Numbered from the whole stretch's first letter, positions 38,051-50,574 are shown. The stretch: DNA of 63,094 nt, filler included, from Bigelowiella natans CCMP2755 (GCA_000320545.1; 10 parts of 10 records of this genome joined end to end with filler, not necessarily neighbours in it); one strand, 5' to 3'. Notes: generated from the sequence alone by a model not told the origin. Numbers and translations are program-made.

Positions 38051-39112
38051 ATGGTGAGTTCTCTCCCGACTACCAAAGCGTCGCCTACGTGCTGCGGCAC
38101 CCAGTCTTCCACTGGGGACCACGAGGAGGACATTAAAAAGGTTGCTCGATTTACAATTATTTATAATAGTTCAAGTTTAGCTCATTTTTTATTTCCCCTC
38201 TGCGTTGGCGAAGGCGATTCGAGATACCTACGGCAGCGTAGCGAAGACAGGAAGCAACCTCTTCGCACAGGGCACCCATGGGAAGAAGCCATCGTCCTCT
38301 TGCTGCGGGGAGAGCGATGCCGACCCCCTTCTTATCTCTATGAAGCTGGGTTATACGAAGGAGGAGCTCGAAGCCATTCCAAAAAGCGCTAACATGGGTG
38401 AGTATGAGTATGTGTGTGTATGCGCGCGTGAGAGAGAGAGGGGGGGGGGGAGTGGGACGGGTAAAGGGGTGCTGTTCACAGCGTCCTCTGATATCTTTTT
38501 TAACTATCCCTTGAGACAGAGCACCAACTCGGTGTTTGTGCTATTATGAGAATTAATAAAGTCTTCTGAATTCCCTCCCTGAGCCATTTTTCATCACTGT
38601 TCTCGTGTCTTCATGTGCAGGCCTAGGATGCGGTAATACACGCACAATTGCAGAGTACAAAGCAGGGGAGGTGGCTGTGGATCTGGGCTGTGGAGGGGGG
38701 CTAGACGCATTCATTGCAGCTCCACATGTAAGTTACATCTTTTATATGTTGATCATGGTAATTCTGATGTGCTTGATGCACGTGGGGATAAAGGGTTATA
38801 CAATACACACTTTTGCAAGTCGAAATATATTTAATTCGCGTCATAAATCCAACGATGGAATTCTTCTAAATTTGGATTCTCAAGGGAGAGCATGATGAAT
38901 ATAGTTGAACCCATTGTCCCGTGGGTATGTTCCACGAATCTGATCGTAGATGCTCCGAACAAAAAGGTTCTCCCAGGAGGGCGTGTGATCGGGGTTGATT
39001 TTTCTCACGACATGCTGGCAAAGGCGAGGGCCAATAGAAAGTCCAACGTAAAGAAATATGGCCACTGCGAGTTTCGTCTTGGTGGGAACGAGAGGAATAT
39101 ATCCACCCAACT

Positions 39113-39149
<37 letters not shown>

Positions 39150-39586
39150 ACACATACATGGTGAATCCGGTTGTTGATTATCAAACGTCTTTCACCCCCT
39201 TCTTTTTATCGCCCTTCCATTGACTTCTCTTAGGCGAGATCGAGCACCTGCCGATTGCCGACAACACCGCAGATGTCATCGTGTCCAACTGTGTCGTCAA
39301 CCTCTCCACGCAAAAACAAGCTGTGTTCAACGAGGCCTACCGAGTGCTGAAACCGGGGGGGCGGGTTGCTATTTCAGACATGGTTTTGTTCAAGGAACTG
39401 CCTCCAGAGCTCAAAAGTAAACGACGTGTACATAGGCAACAAAAACGTTCGGAGAGCATTGATGTGAGGGTGTTTTCCCTTGACTCAATTTATTGTCATG
39501 TCATGAATCATCGGAGAGGAAGGAATATGCATATTTCAGAGAGGGGGGAGACATTTATACATGTGCATAATATATATTAATTATTA

Positions 39587-39623
<37 letters not shown>

Positions 39624-39984
39624 CATAGCTTACTTTCTCATTCATCCTCCGCCCCTCCTTATCCATCTCATCCGTACCTCAGACGACCTCTCACTCATCT
39701 GTGGGTGCATGGGATCGGCAGCTCCCATCGTAGAGCTACGAAAGGTGATGATGCAGGCCGGCTTCGAGAGCATATCCATTACGGAGAAGAAAGGATTTGG
39801 CGAAATCGTGAAAGGATGGGCTCCGGGGAAGGGCATTGAGAAGTATTGTACAAGTGCGTGGATCACCGCAACAAAACCGCTCAATTCGGCGGCAAAGGGA
39901 GCAAGCGTCGCATCTCTTGACACCGCGACTCCCGGGTTTGACAGGGCGTCCGAGGGGGGAGAGGGATGCGGTCCTGGTGGATGA
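38051..39984 (+). CDS. arsM: Arsenite S-adenosylmethionine methyltransferase (ArsM/AS3MT), prokaryote-like, six exons
   Basis: Spliced sequence [22 protein letters not shown]|[24 protein letters not shown]|[26 protein letters not shown]|[41 protein letters not shown]|..CGCMGSA. The conserved As-binding cysteines are present. Confidence 0.92.
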
Positions 39985-40766
39985 TCCTAGACCCTGCTAC
40001 GACTTGCAGTAGTGTTGCTGTCACTACAGCCTTCAATTTAGTGTGACCTAAACAAACAGTGACAGCAGCGATTGCAGCAGTAGCGGGGATTTCCGTTGAC
40101 TTCTCTCTCGACACAGCGCAACCACATGGGGCAAGGCTAAAAACAATCACTGTTTTTGCAACAATGCCTAGTGTGCACATGACATCGATCTCAAGGAAAG
40201 CAAGCACTGGGTTGAATCAGCACCAGCTCTTTTGCAAAGCCTCGCAATGGGGTGTTTGTAAAGTGGCACTGACTTCGAATCACCATGGGACGATTGAAGA
40301 ATTTGCGTCTAACAATTGCAATTTGCACGAGATGTCGAAGCACATGAAGTGTCAAAACGAATATTATTGTGGCATGCAAATTGCGGGAAGGATGTTCCTT
40401 TGGACACCAAAATGACTTCATGCGTCTCGCTGCTGTTGCCTGGATTGCATGCATATCGCACGGCCTTGTTTGCTTGATTATCTTGCGCAGCCTACAACCC
40501 TCGATGATGTGCATGAATTGCGCTAGCAGAGCAAGTGTGCAAGTGCGTGGCGCTAAGGATGTTCTTATTATTCTTGCGGCGGTTGCATGTGCTCACTGCT
40601 GTGACACACAGACCGGGCATTCATTAGGCACATGCATGCATGTAACAAATCCATGAAAGCAAACAAAATGACCACAATGATTACATTCGTGACGAAAGAG
40701 CTATCATTCATCTTGTCATTGTGTTGTATCTGCATGTGAGAATCTGTTCTTTTCTCTTCTCAGTCA

Positions 40767-41906
40767 TCATTCAACTGTTTGCACTACGACAAGATCGCAA
40801 TTGTGCCGAGCTTTGGTAGGCACAACGAACTTGCTCATTACAACTGCTCTTCGAGGATGGAGCCTTCTCGCTTTCTTCGGTACCTTTATTTGTTTTTCAA
40901 CAACTCCGTCCTTTCGCTCGTGTGCTAACAACCACAAATGATGGTGCTCAGGGGCTAATTTGCAATGTTTTCCCATCAAGGTTAATTCGATACCGTCTGC
41001 AACAACGCGCCTCCTCTTCCTCATCCTCCTCTTTAGGGCTCGGAATCGTCTTTCTTTCTCAAGGACGAAGAACTTAATATCCTCAGCGTATTGGCCCTCA
41101 ACTAAAAGAGAACGAATATTTCATATCACGAAGAGTTCAATCTCACAAACACTATCCACAACCTTGTACATCAGTGTCTGATAAAGGATAGCTGTTTTGA
41201 TCACCGATTTCCGAATATGGAAGATTTTCTAAGAATGAAGAAAGACGCCGCATGGACCAATGTGAGTTCTCTTCTTCGTCTTATATGAAGATAGAACGAA
41301 ATTATTAACAGTGGAAGAAATTACCCCTGCTTTCCACGATTTCATCTTGGAAAAAGTTTTTATAGAGTTCCCTGTTCGGAAGGGGCTTAGACACTGCCCA
41401 GCGACGTTCAACCGTATCTTTCACTCTGGGAGCCAGATTGTAAATTCTTGCGATCTTCATACATTCTAGACTGCAAAAGGAACGCCTAGTACCATCTATG
41501 AGTTCAGTTATTTTCATCGGGAAGTGGCGGTGCCTAATCTCGCAATTAAAGCACACTTGCCGTTCCTCAGAGGTAAAGTTATCGATGAAAATGGACTTTG
41601 AATCCCCATTTTCTTTCATGATATACTCAGATATCGGCTTAACTGAAGGAGCCATGGGAGCGGTTACAGAGCGTGCCGTTAGAATGAGCTCTGTCTCTGT
41701 TAATCCTTTCTCTGTCTTCAACACTCTACTGCCGAATGACTTGTAAGCCCCTAAGTCTGCAGTACACTGGGGAATAACACAAAACGGTTAGCTGATTACA
41801 TCCACAAGAGTGTGTCTTGGTTTACATTTGCGTGCTCTTTCGCATCATTGTTTTCCTCCTCGTCGTCTCCGTCGTTGGATAGACTAAATAGGTGTCGTCG
41901 ACCCAT
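40767..41906 (-). CDS. Spliced protein with a C4 treble-clef/MYM-type Zn finger resembling NCLDV late transcription factor VLTF2
   Basis: Exons join in frame: MGRRHLFS..HAN|CTADLG..VCFNCEIRHRHFPMK..RRSFCSLECMKIA..KPLPNRELYKNF..SR|DEEENSHW..|VEGQYAED..KRRMRKRRR. The true 5' end may lie further upstream. Confidence 0.55.
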
Positions 41907-42013
41907 CAAAGTTAGCGGTGGTTGAAACCTGAAACAGAAGATGATTTAGATAACAGAACAGGAGTTCGCATGGGATGATAGAGTTCATTCAAACATTAGG
42001 ATTAAGCAGTATT

Positions 42014-42056
<43 letters not shown>

Positions 42057-42317
42057 TATCTTTTAATTTGCTGTTACCATATAACGACTTGGTTTGAAGA
42101 AGCACCTCCTTATAAGCTTCTCCTTAACAGGATTGCCACAACCACCAACATTTTCCCACTCTTTAGATGGGAAATATTTGTTTTGCAGATGGCTGCGGAA
42201 TCACTTCTCGTTTGGGATGAATTATTACTCATATAGTCTAGAGCATATCCCTGATCGGTACAAACAAATGTATTCTGAGATGAGGTATCATAGTATTTGC
42301 GCGTCTAGTTCCTCTAA

Positions 42318-44580
42318 TCATACCATGGGAAATACGAAAATCGGCGTCCAACTCCTTCGAAAAACTGCAATCAAGAAACTATTAGAGTGGCACACACATG
42401 CCATTGTCTCTGGATCAACCTTCAAATAGAAGTAAAGGGAGAAGATCTTTTCAGCAAAGAGGAGACTGTGCCGCCACGCACGAAATATACGCAGTCCCAC
42501 TGAGAGAAGCAGAGAGTCGCCCTGCAAATGATAGCAGAGTTGGTTGTAATAGTTTGGCCTAAGATACGTAGGTACTACTGCTACCAATTCTTTCTGGTAC
42601 GGAGAGCGTCCCCTAAAGCTCATCTTCTGAGAAGTGAATAGGGAACTCATGGAAATTACCATCCCAATACAGATTCCACCAATATATACAGCAGCAGCCA
42701 ATGCTCTTTCTGTCGCCTCCAAGTTCTCAGACAGAAATCCATGCACATTCAACCACATCCATTCCGTTCCTTCAGTTCCCTAAATGTTAGATATTATTGA
42801 ACAAAGGGTTGTGCAAAGTGCTTAGAGTTTTTACATTACGATGAAAACAAAAACGTACCATACGGACTGTGGCTCTTATTGATCGACAACCCTCTTGTGC
42901 GATGAAACCAAGTGTCGTAGCTAACAGTATTGTTATGATGATGTTGGGCCAAATAATTCGAATTACATCCGCAGCAACCAACACTCCTTTTTGAAGTAAC
43001 ACTTTTTGCTTCTTGTACAACCACCTCGATGGCATCTTTATACATATTTTCACTTGATCTGCAATGGAGAAGGCTGCGACTGTAATGTCCACAATTTTTC
43101 TTTGAAATTTGTTCCATCGTCTACGCGCTCTGATTTTCTGTGAAAAAGAAATTCTTTCACGATATCCACGATATATAGACTGAATGTAGACGGCAGCCAT
43201 CCTTCGTTTTCTCTCACGATTCTTTCCTCTTTGACGAAATCCGCGGTAAAGAGACTGGATACGAATTGCGGCAATTCTTCGCTTTTCTTCGTGTACTCTT
43301 TGTGAGTGTTGACGTCTTTCACGAAACCCACGGTATAGAGACTGAATGCGAAGGGCAGCATCATTCCTTGCAAAGCTCATCTTTAACTCCTTTTCAATTT
43401 TCTTTTCCCAGATAAGTCTCCTCAGCTTCTCGTATTCTTTTCTTGCTCGTTGCAACTTTCTCCACCAATTTTGAATACAGTTGGCACACTTCTCCCGCTT
43501 CCTTTCCCGTATCAATCTCCACCAGGTTTGGATTATGGTAGCATGTTTTCCACGCTTCCTCTCCTTTGACAATCTCCACCAAAATTGAATTTTAATTGCG
43601 CACTCTTCGAAGAACCTCAAGTTGCGAATTAATAGTAGTTGTGGATCATCTAAATTGACGAATTTATCCATATTCCATTCGTCTTCTAGTTCCAATCCAG
43701 AGCACAATAGTATCTGAGCTTCAACAGGAAGGGGTAGTTTAATAGCTATCAGCCTCTTTATACTCTTGACGGTAGTGGATTTTCGTTTGACTGTAATCTG
43801 GAGACTTGGACCCCAAAGATATCGTATCTTGAGAGTAATTTGTTCTGCAAAGGTTGTTCTCTGTTTTTCCATTAATATATAATGTCTACTACGGGTTTCG
43901 CTGGAACAGTCCTGAACTAGCCCGTTTTGTGCTTCCCTTCCTATCTCGGTGCTGTGCTCAGCAAGGAAGATTGTGTCTCGAATTAGAAGAAACTTTTTAT
44001 CTTGAGGTACTTTAATGCTTCCCATAGTCTGCTCGTTTTCTAGCTCTATTCCAGAGCACAAGAGTCTTTGAGCTTGCACTGGTAAACCTACTTTCTGTGC
44101 GAGCATTTCTTTAATAGTCTTCACAGAGGTCCATTTCAGATCTACTGTTATTGGAACCGCTGGGCCCCAAAGATATTTGATCTGGATTACGGTAGGATTT
44201 CGTTCTGGTCGGAGGAAAAGGAACACGTAGGCACCATCACAAAGATTGCATTCCAGAAAGGACTTTTCATCCTCCAGTATCGTAGTGTAGAAACATTTCT
44301 TCTGGACACTTGGAGGAATGCTCATATCCTCCCATCGAAGATTCCCGTTCTCTTTTGAGCTTCTGGCTGAGAAAACTATCTTTTGGTGGCTTGGTGGAAA
44401 TCCTAGATCACCCCACACCCGAAGTTTGAGTGACATCACAGTATCTTCAAGTTTAACAACAACTTGAAAGTCTTTAGCCGCATTATCCAATGATAACACG
44501 ATAACGTTTATTGCAGCTAATCCTCCACGATTGCGGGATGGGGCAGTTGTTTTCGCTTGTTTTGAGATCATGTCCTTCAT
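42318..44580 (-). CDS. Protein with three ubiquitin-like domains, six IQ calmodulin-binding motifs and C-terminal transmembrane segments
   Basis: The 597-aa ORF has Ubl repeats (VKLEDTVMSLKLRV..GFPPSHQKIVF; SVKTIKEMLAQKVGLPVQAQRLLCSGIELENE; TVKSIKRLIAIKLPLPVEAQILLCSGLELEDE), IQxWWR three times and IQSxYRG three times. A GT-AG intron at 42858-42780 joins it in frame to track ORF 42318..42758. The 3' end is uncertain. Confidence 0.8.
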
Positions 44581-45044
44581 CGTCGGTCACCGGCCTTTCG
44601 AGTTGTGTGCGCAATTCCTCCTCGCGTAGAGCTCGCTTTGCATCTATTACCGCAACTGGTTACCAAGGCAAAACAAATGCCGAATCTATACTGCGACTAG
44701 ACCTAGGTAAATCATTTCGATTAATAAGCCGAGTACGACGTGTAGCGCTTGAGCACAGCAAAGGGTACTCCCAGAACCGAATTTTAACGACACAAATATT
44801 TCTAAAGATCAATTTTTCGGGGGGTTTAAGCTCCATCCTGGATGTCGTAGAACAAAATTCTTCGAAGTCTTCGAGACTTCGGACCTTGCCGCGGCGCTCC
44901 GCACATCGCAGCCCCAAAATCCATTACGACATCCGCCGAAGATGTTTTTTCGGATTCAATTGTAGACAAAGTTGTATCGACAAAACATCTAAATCGATTC
45001 CAGAGAAAGACAGATACGATCTGCTCCCCGAGCAGGCCGAGCGA

Positions 45045-45966
45045 ATGGCTACGAGCACTCTTCGCCCGGGAGCGTCGCTCAGAAGAGCCATTCAGGTCCA
45101 ACCTTGTCATTCAGGGAACACGTTGAGAAACTTCATGAATGAGCGAAGGGAGAGGGGTGGGGGAGAAGGAACAATCTCAGCGTAGCATCCCGACAATGCA
45201 GGTTTTCGGTAGCGTCATTGCAATTAGCCTTTTTCTGAAGAAGCTTCTCCTTCGGAAAGGAGATGTTGCACCATGCAAGCATTGTCAACGCACCCTGGTC
45301 ATGAACGGAAAAGGTTTTGGCTTCCCATCCCTCACCATCGACATCAACGTGCTGAACATGGCATATTTGATTCACCATCAGAGGCGCCTTATGATGCGAC
45401 GAAGGAGCTACCGAAGGTAACTAAACGTGGTGGCAGTGCGAGTTGCATCATCCTCTTGGCAGCTCGTTCGCGCTTGACTCAGCACATCTACTAAACGGTT
45501 CAGGCGGTACGGCAGTTTTACAGACGCCCCCTCCCTGATGTGGGAGGTGCGGTCGTGGCGTTCGCCTCGAAGAGAGGAAGGTCATCACCCATTATTACAC
45601 AGAGCATTGGTATAGGATTGAGCAGCCTAATGTTACACTTTCTGCGCATTCCATCAGAGAGTTGTTCCAAGGAGGCCCTGGGCGAAAGGCTACTTACGCT
45701 GCTTCTTTCCTTTGATACAACAGTTCAGAACGCAGTGATGAATGCCCCCTCTCTCCGTTGGTTCTGATGTGAACACCCTTCATCATTTCCTTCTGTTTCT
45801 TCTTCTCACACATTTGTGTCATTTCGGTGTTGTTTATTGATAATACTGGACGACTGTGTCTTCTATGTCGCATGATCTATGGCTTCTTTTACTCTTCTCG
45901 CGGAAATAGGACGAGCCTGCTTATTGTGGTAATGGCCTGACTCTCTCCTTCCATCCCTTCTCTCTT

Positions 45967-46002
<36 letters not shown>

Positions 46003-46044
46003 TGTAAATATATACATATTGCAAGAAGGAGAAAATCAATTATT

Positions 46045-46085
<41 letters not shown>

Positions 46086-46312
46086 CAGGGGTATCTACCT
46101 TAGCAATGGTTCTGAACGCTCTCAGTGTTGACCCAGGAAGGTATTGGATTTAGCATTAACGTTTTGATCGACTTCTTCTTCACCAATTCTGTCCTGGCTT
46201 TTGCGCTACGAATTTATTCTTTCCAACCGATGCGCTTTTATCGTTGCTCTCAGGCTGTGGAAGGGGCCTTGGCGATGGTTTCACGCTCACAACACACACA
46301 CTCACACACAAC

Positions 46313-46362
<50 letters not shown>

Positions 46363-46767
46363 GGGGGGACTCAGCGAAACTGAAGCTAGTCAGAAAAATG
46401 CTGTTGAAATCTTGGAGTGATAAATACGACAGCGGTAGTTCCGAAGTGGCGAGTACGACATGTCATCATCACCATCATCATCATCATCATCTCCATCAAA
46501 GCTCCTTATTGCCACCGCCGTTGCGACAAGGTACTCCGAGGAAATGCTAGATTGCTGTCGGCCTCTGGACTATATCCAAACGAATGGTGCTCCCCCTCCT
46601 CCATGTGCGCGCGCGTGTATGTGTGTGCATGAGTGCTTTTGGTCCTTATCTCCTCTCCGACCTTCCACACAGACAGTTGTTTGAGCAGACAGCAGCATAT
46701 GTTACCTTCCTCAGCGCAATAGCAAACGTTGGCAGTGATAATGTGTAGCACAAAAACAACCCCCAGT

Positions 46768-46810
<43 letters not shown>

Positions 46811-47014
46811 GATTGTAGGATTGACTTTTGACGAGTGGAATTGCCTTGCAATGTGCAATGGTAGTAGCAGTAGTAGTATCAGTAGCAGCATCAGTACTTA
46901 TCCTTGTTAAGTGATTCAATGACTAGAGAATAAACATTCTCTCTCTCTCTCTCTTTGTCTCTCTCCTCTCTGTGTGTGTGTGTGCGCGCGCGTGTGTGTG
47001 CCAAAGAGAGGAGA

Positions 47015-47060
<46 letters not shown>

Positions 47061-47524
47061 GAAACCGATCTGATAGAAACTCAATCATAGAAATCAGGGA
47101 CCAGACGTATAACATGCCTCACAAACATGAGCTGGAGAGGAAGAACGAGAGGAGTCGAGGGGGGGGGGCATGCTTGATCTTCTTTATTGTCTCCTACGTA
47201 CTAATCATGATCTATCATCTTCAAATACATTTCGCAGGAGTCAAAACGCGCGGTATCCGTGCTAGTGAGTCGTCAGTGGAGGAATTCCGCAAATATATCA
47301 AGGAGGCGTGTGTGGAGGGCGGGGAAGCGCCAACAAAGACATCGGAGGAGATTAAAAACAGGGTATTGCAAATCTTAGTATCGTGTTGTTTCACATGACA
47401 CCGCGGATAAAGGTGTTGGCTGGGGTTGCATATAGGTTAAAACCTCCTATGATGCGTATCCTTGTTTTTAAAATCTGGTGGCTGCTGCCGCTTGGAATAT
47501 GGCCGTTGTTCTGTGCTATATGAA

Positions 47525-47575
<51 letters not shown>

Positions 47576-48635
47576 TGTGGTGTGTGTGTTTCGTATTCCA
47601 CACATACACACACACATTATGTATTTATATTTAATTAAATGCTTCTATCTTGATATGATGAGGATAACATCAGCAAAAACAAGAAGGCACTGATCAATTA
47701 CACACGCACCCATTGCTGCATAAACAAGCCACGCTCTTGGCGCAAACACAGTGCGTTTGAATCCTGATGCGATTTTGTGCTACTACATGCTAGGGTGAGA
47801 CTGGTCTCCCCCCCCCCCTCAACTCAAACAACGGCGACGCTTGCCAAGAACGATGATGGTGGGATAAATGAAGCGGCGCCCATTATGGTGGTGTCCTACT
47901 CGAGAAAAGGTTGGGTGTTCGCGAATAGAGGCGGGGGGGAGGGGGGGGGGCAGGGGTTGAACAGCCGGAAAGTATATAACCTTCCTTTTTACCATTAACA
48001 TTGGATTTTGTTTGCTGCAGCGACTGCATTAAGCCTCTGCCAACTAACGTCGTCGCACAAAACACACGTTATGGATTTAACCACCACCCCCTTCATTACC
48101 TGTACTTGCAGAGTGCGTGAATGTGTGCATGTGCGGTGCTAATGGTCTTTTCATCTTGTCATCAGGCCTGATGCAGTCTGGAGATGGCCATTTCTCTCCC
48201 ATTGGAGGGTATGCACTCGAAAATGAGACACAAATACACACACAAACTACACCCTGCCGCCACACTCGATTTCCCCATTATTACTCGTGCTCGCGCCGTG
48301 CATTTGCTGCGGACCTCCGTTCATCGCGGCGAGCAGGTACTGCCCTTCCACGGATATGTGCTTGGTTTTGGACGTCGCACGGTTCAAATACCCGCCCCAG
48401 TGGGTGAAGGTGAGAGTCTGAAAGCACTAGGGCTCTTCCTGCGGTGATGATAATGATGATGATGATGATGATAATGATGATGATGATGCTTGCGATGTTC
48501 ACCCACCGTTCATTCATGAAAATGAGACTATAGTAGCCAAGGGGTGTATCATCATCTTCAAATGGTGTATGCTTGTCAGGTCGACAAGCTTTTCAGGGCA
48601 ATGCTGCTACATGACAAAGTTACGAACAAATCGAG
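45045..48635 (+). CDS. PCS: Phytochelatin synthase (glutathione gamma-glutamylcysteinyltransferase), many exons, 3' end in the gap; apparent indels in one exon
   Basis: Exons give QFYRRPLP..VAFAS, FFPLIQQFRTQ|DEPAYCG|VSTLAMVLNALSVDPGR|LWKGPWRW|YSEEMLDCC, GDGHFSPIGG|Y..LVLDVARFKYPPQWV and LFRAM..SR. The Cys-His-Asp triad is intact. Confidence 0.92.
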
Positions 48636-48849
48636 GTACATCAGCTGAGGACCCCTAAACCTGCATGCATGGCAGGNNNNNNNNNNNNNNNNNNNNNNNN
48701 NNNNNNNNNNNNNNNNNNNNTTAATTAATTAANNNNNNNNNNNNNNNNNNNNNNNNNNNNNNNNNNNNNNNNNNNNTGGACGTCATCACCCTCCACATGA
48801 CAAATACGCAATGAGAAAATTATAATTCCATTACTCAAGTGTGAAGCTC

Positions 48850-49440
48850 AATCAACAACTCCGACGTTGCCTAAGCTAGAGACCCCCGAAAAACACCACC
48901 ACGTTAGGGCACTTCCATATAAACCCGACCTTCCCCTACAAGAAAAAGAGGGGGGGCGGGAAAATGCAACTAACCCATCCAGAAAAAAGTACTGCACGAA
49001 GTGTGTGAGTGAGGAAAGAAGCAGCAGGATCACTTCACAGTGTTCGGATACCCTCTCCCCACTCTCCTCTCCCACCATCAGGCTCGAGCAGCAAGTTGTA
49101 TTGATCATGGGCTTGGAGGTGTCGTTCGTCATCCTCATAGGGCTGGCACTTGACCGCCCTTTGCTCCTCGAGATGGCGGAGGAATTGCTGCTCGGAGGAG
49201 GGGGGGGGGGTGGACAGCACACATCAGCAGCATCAGTAGGGAGGGGAGGAGGAGGAGGAGGAGGAAGAGGAGAGGAGGGGGGTTTCGAGATAGACTGCAA
49301 GAGCGATATCTCATCGTCGTCATCACGACCGCGAGGAGGAGTAGCTGGGGCGGCGTCATGCTCCCAAAACCATCAGCAGCAGCAGCAGAAGGTCAGGCGT
49401 GTAAGCTACTACTCTTAATAATTATGAAAAAATAAATAAA

Positions 49441-49472
<32 letters not shown>

Positions 49473-50185
49473 GAGGAAGTACTTCGTCGTGAAAATTTCG
49501 CAGGCGACGTTTTAAATTACACTTTAGCTTAATCTCATCCCCCTCCACCCCCCTGCCAGCAGCTGATGAAGGACGAGAGGTTGTTCGAGGTCGCGGTTCT
49601 CGGGACGTGGGCTTGGGAGATCATCATCAGTAAGATGACGCCGTTGTGGTGGTGGTGGTAGTGGTAGTGGAGACAATGATGATGATGATGATGAATGAGG
49701 AGTTGGTGGGTGCATTTCATGTACTGTGCGTCGTTTGTCCGATTTGAAGTCGTATGGGTCCTCTCACCACCTTCTTCCTGCTGGTTTTTGTTTTGTTTTT
49801 CCTTTTTATGTTCCATTTCATCTCTCTACCCGTTTCTTAATAATACCAGTTGCTTCATCTTCTTCTTCATGCCTCTCTCCCCCTCCGCCCCCCCCCCCCT
49901 CCCTCTCTCTCTTGATCTTCTGCTTACTGTACAGTCGTCGTGTCATTGTTATCGACCTTCAAGACGTGGCTGTCGCTGGTATTTATCAACATGATTGTTA
50001 GTGGGTGTTGTAGTAGTAGTAGTAGTTGTAGTAGGAGTACCACCACCACCACCACCACCACCACCACCACCACCAGCACGCATCATTTCTAGCGTTGAAG
50101 AATGGAGGGGGAAAGTGAAGGCCAAGAAGAATATTCTCACTACTACGACTTCTTCTTCTTCTACTACTACTACTACTACTGATAT

Positions 50186-50225
<40 letters not shown>

Positions 50226-50542
50226 TATATTTTTACATATGTTACATATGTAATGTTCCACATATATGAAAATCCGCCTGCAAGCCATTTCTCTCCTTAG
50301 TTTCTTCTCTGCCCTCGTCCTTTCTTCTTTCCTCCTCCTCCTCTTCCTTTCAATACCTGGAATTGGTGTTCTCAGCTAACTCGCATAGTCATCATGGCCA
50401 TCAGTACTGGTAAGGATCATAGAGAAGAGAGGGAGTGAGGGGGAGCGGGGAAAGGGCATTCGAGTCTTTCTCTCTGCGCTGCGACTTGTCGTTAATTCTC
50501 CCTCTTTGTGCGGATTACTACTGCTTCTACTGCTTCTACTGC

Positions 50543-50574
<32 letters not shown>

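Noticed and set aside
44581-44643. In-frame upstream ATG with a single TGA before the Ubl-IQ ORF, as possible selenocysteine or read-through
   Set aside because: The extension is only about 20 codons with no conserved context and no SECIS recognised. Chance or a uORF is sufficient explanation.
44511-45185. 224-aa plus-strand ORF
   Set aside because: It has a non-ATG start and crosses a divergent promoter region. Only 45045-45095 appears to be real, as PCS exon 1.
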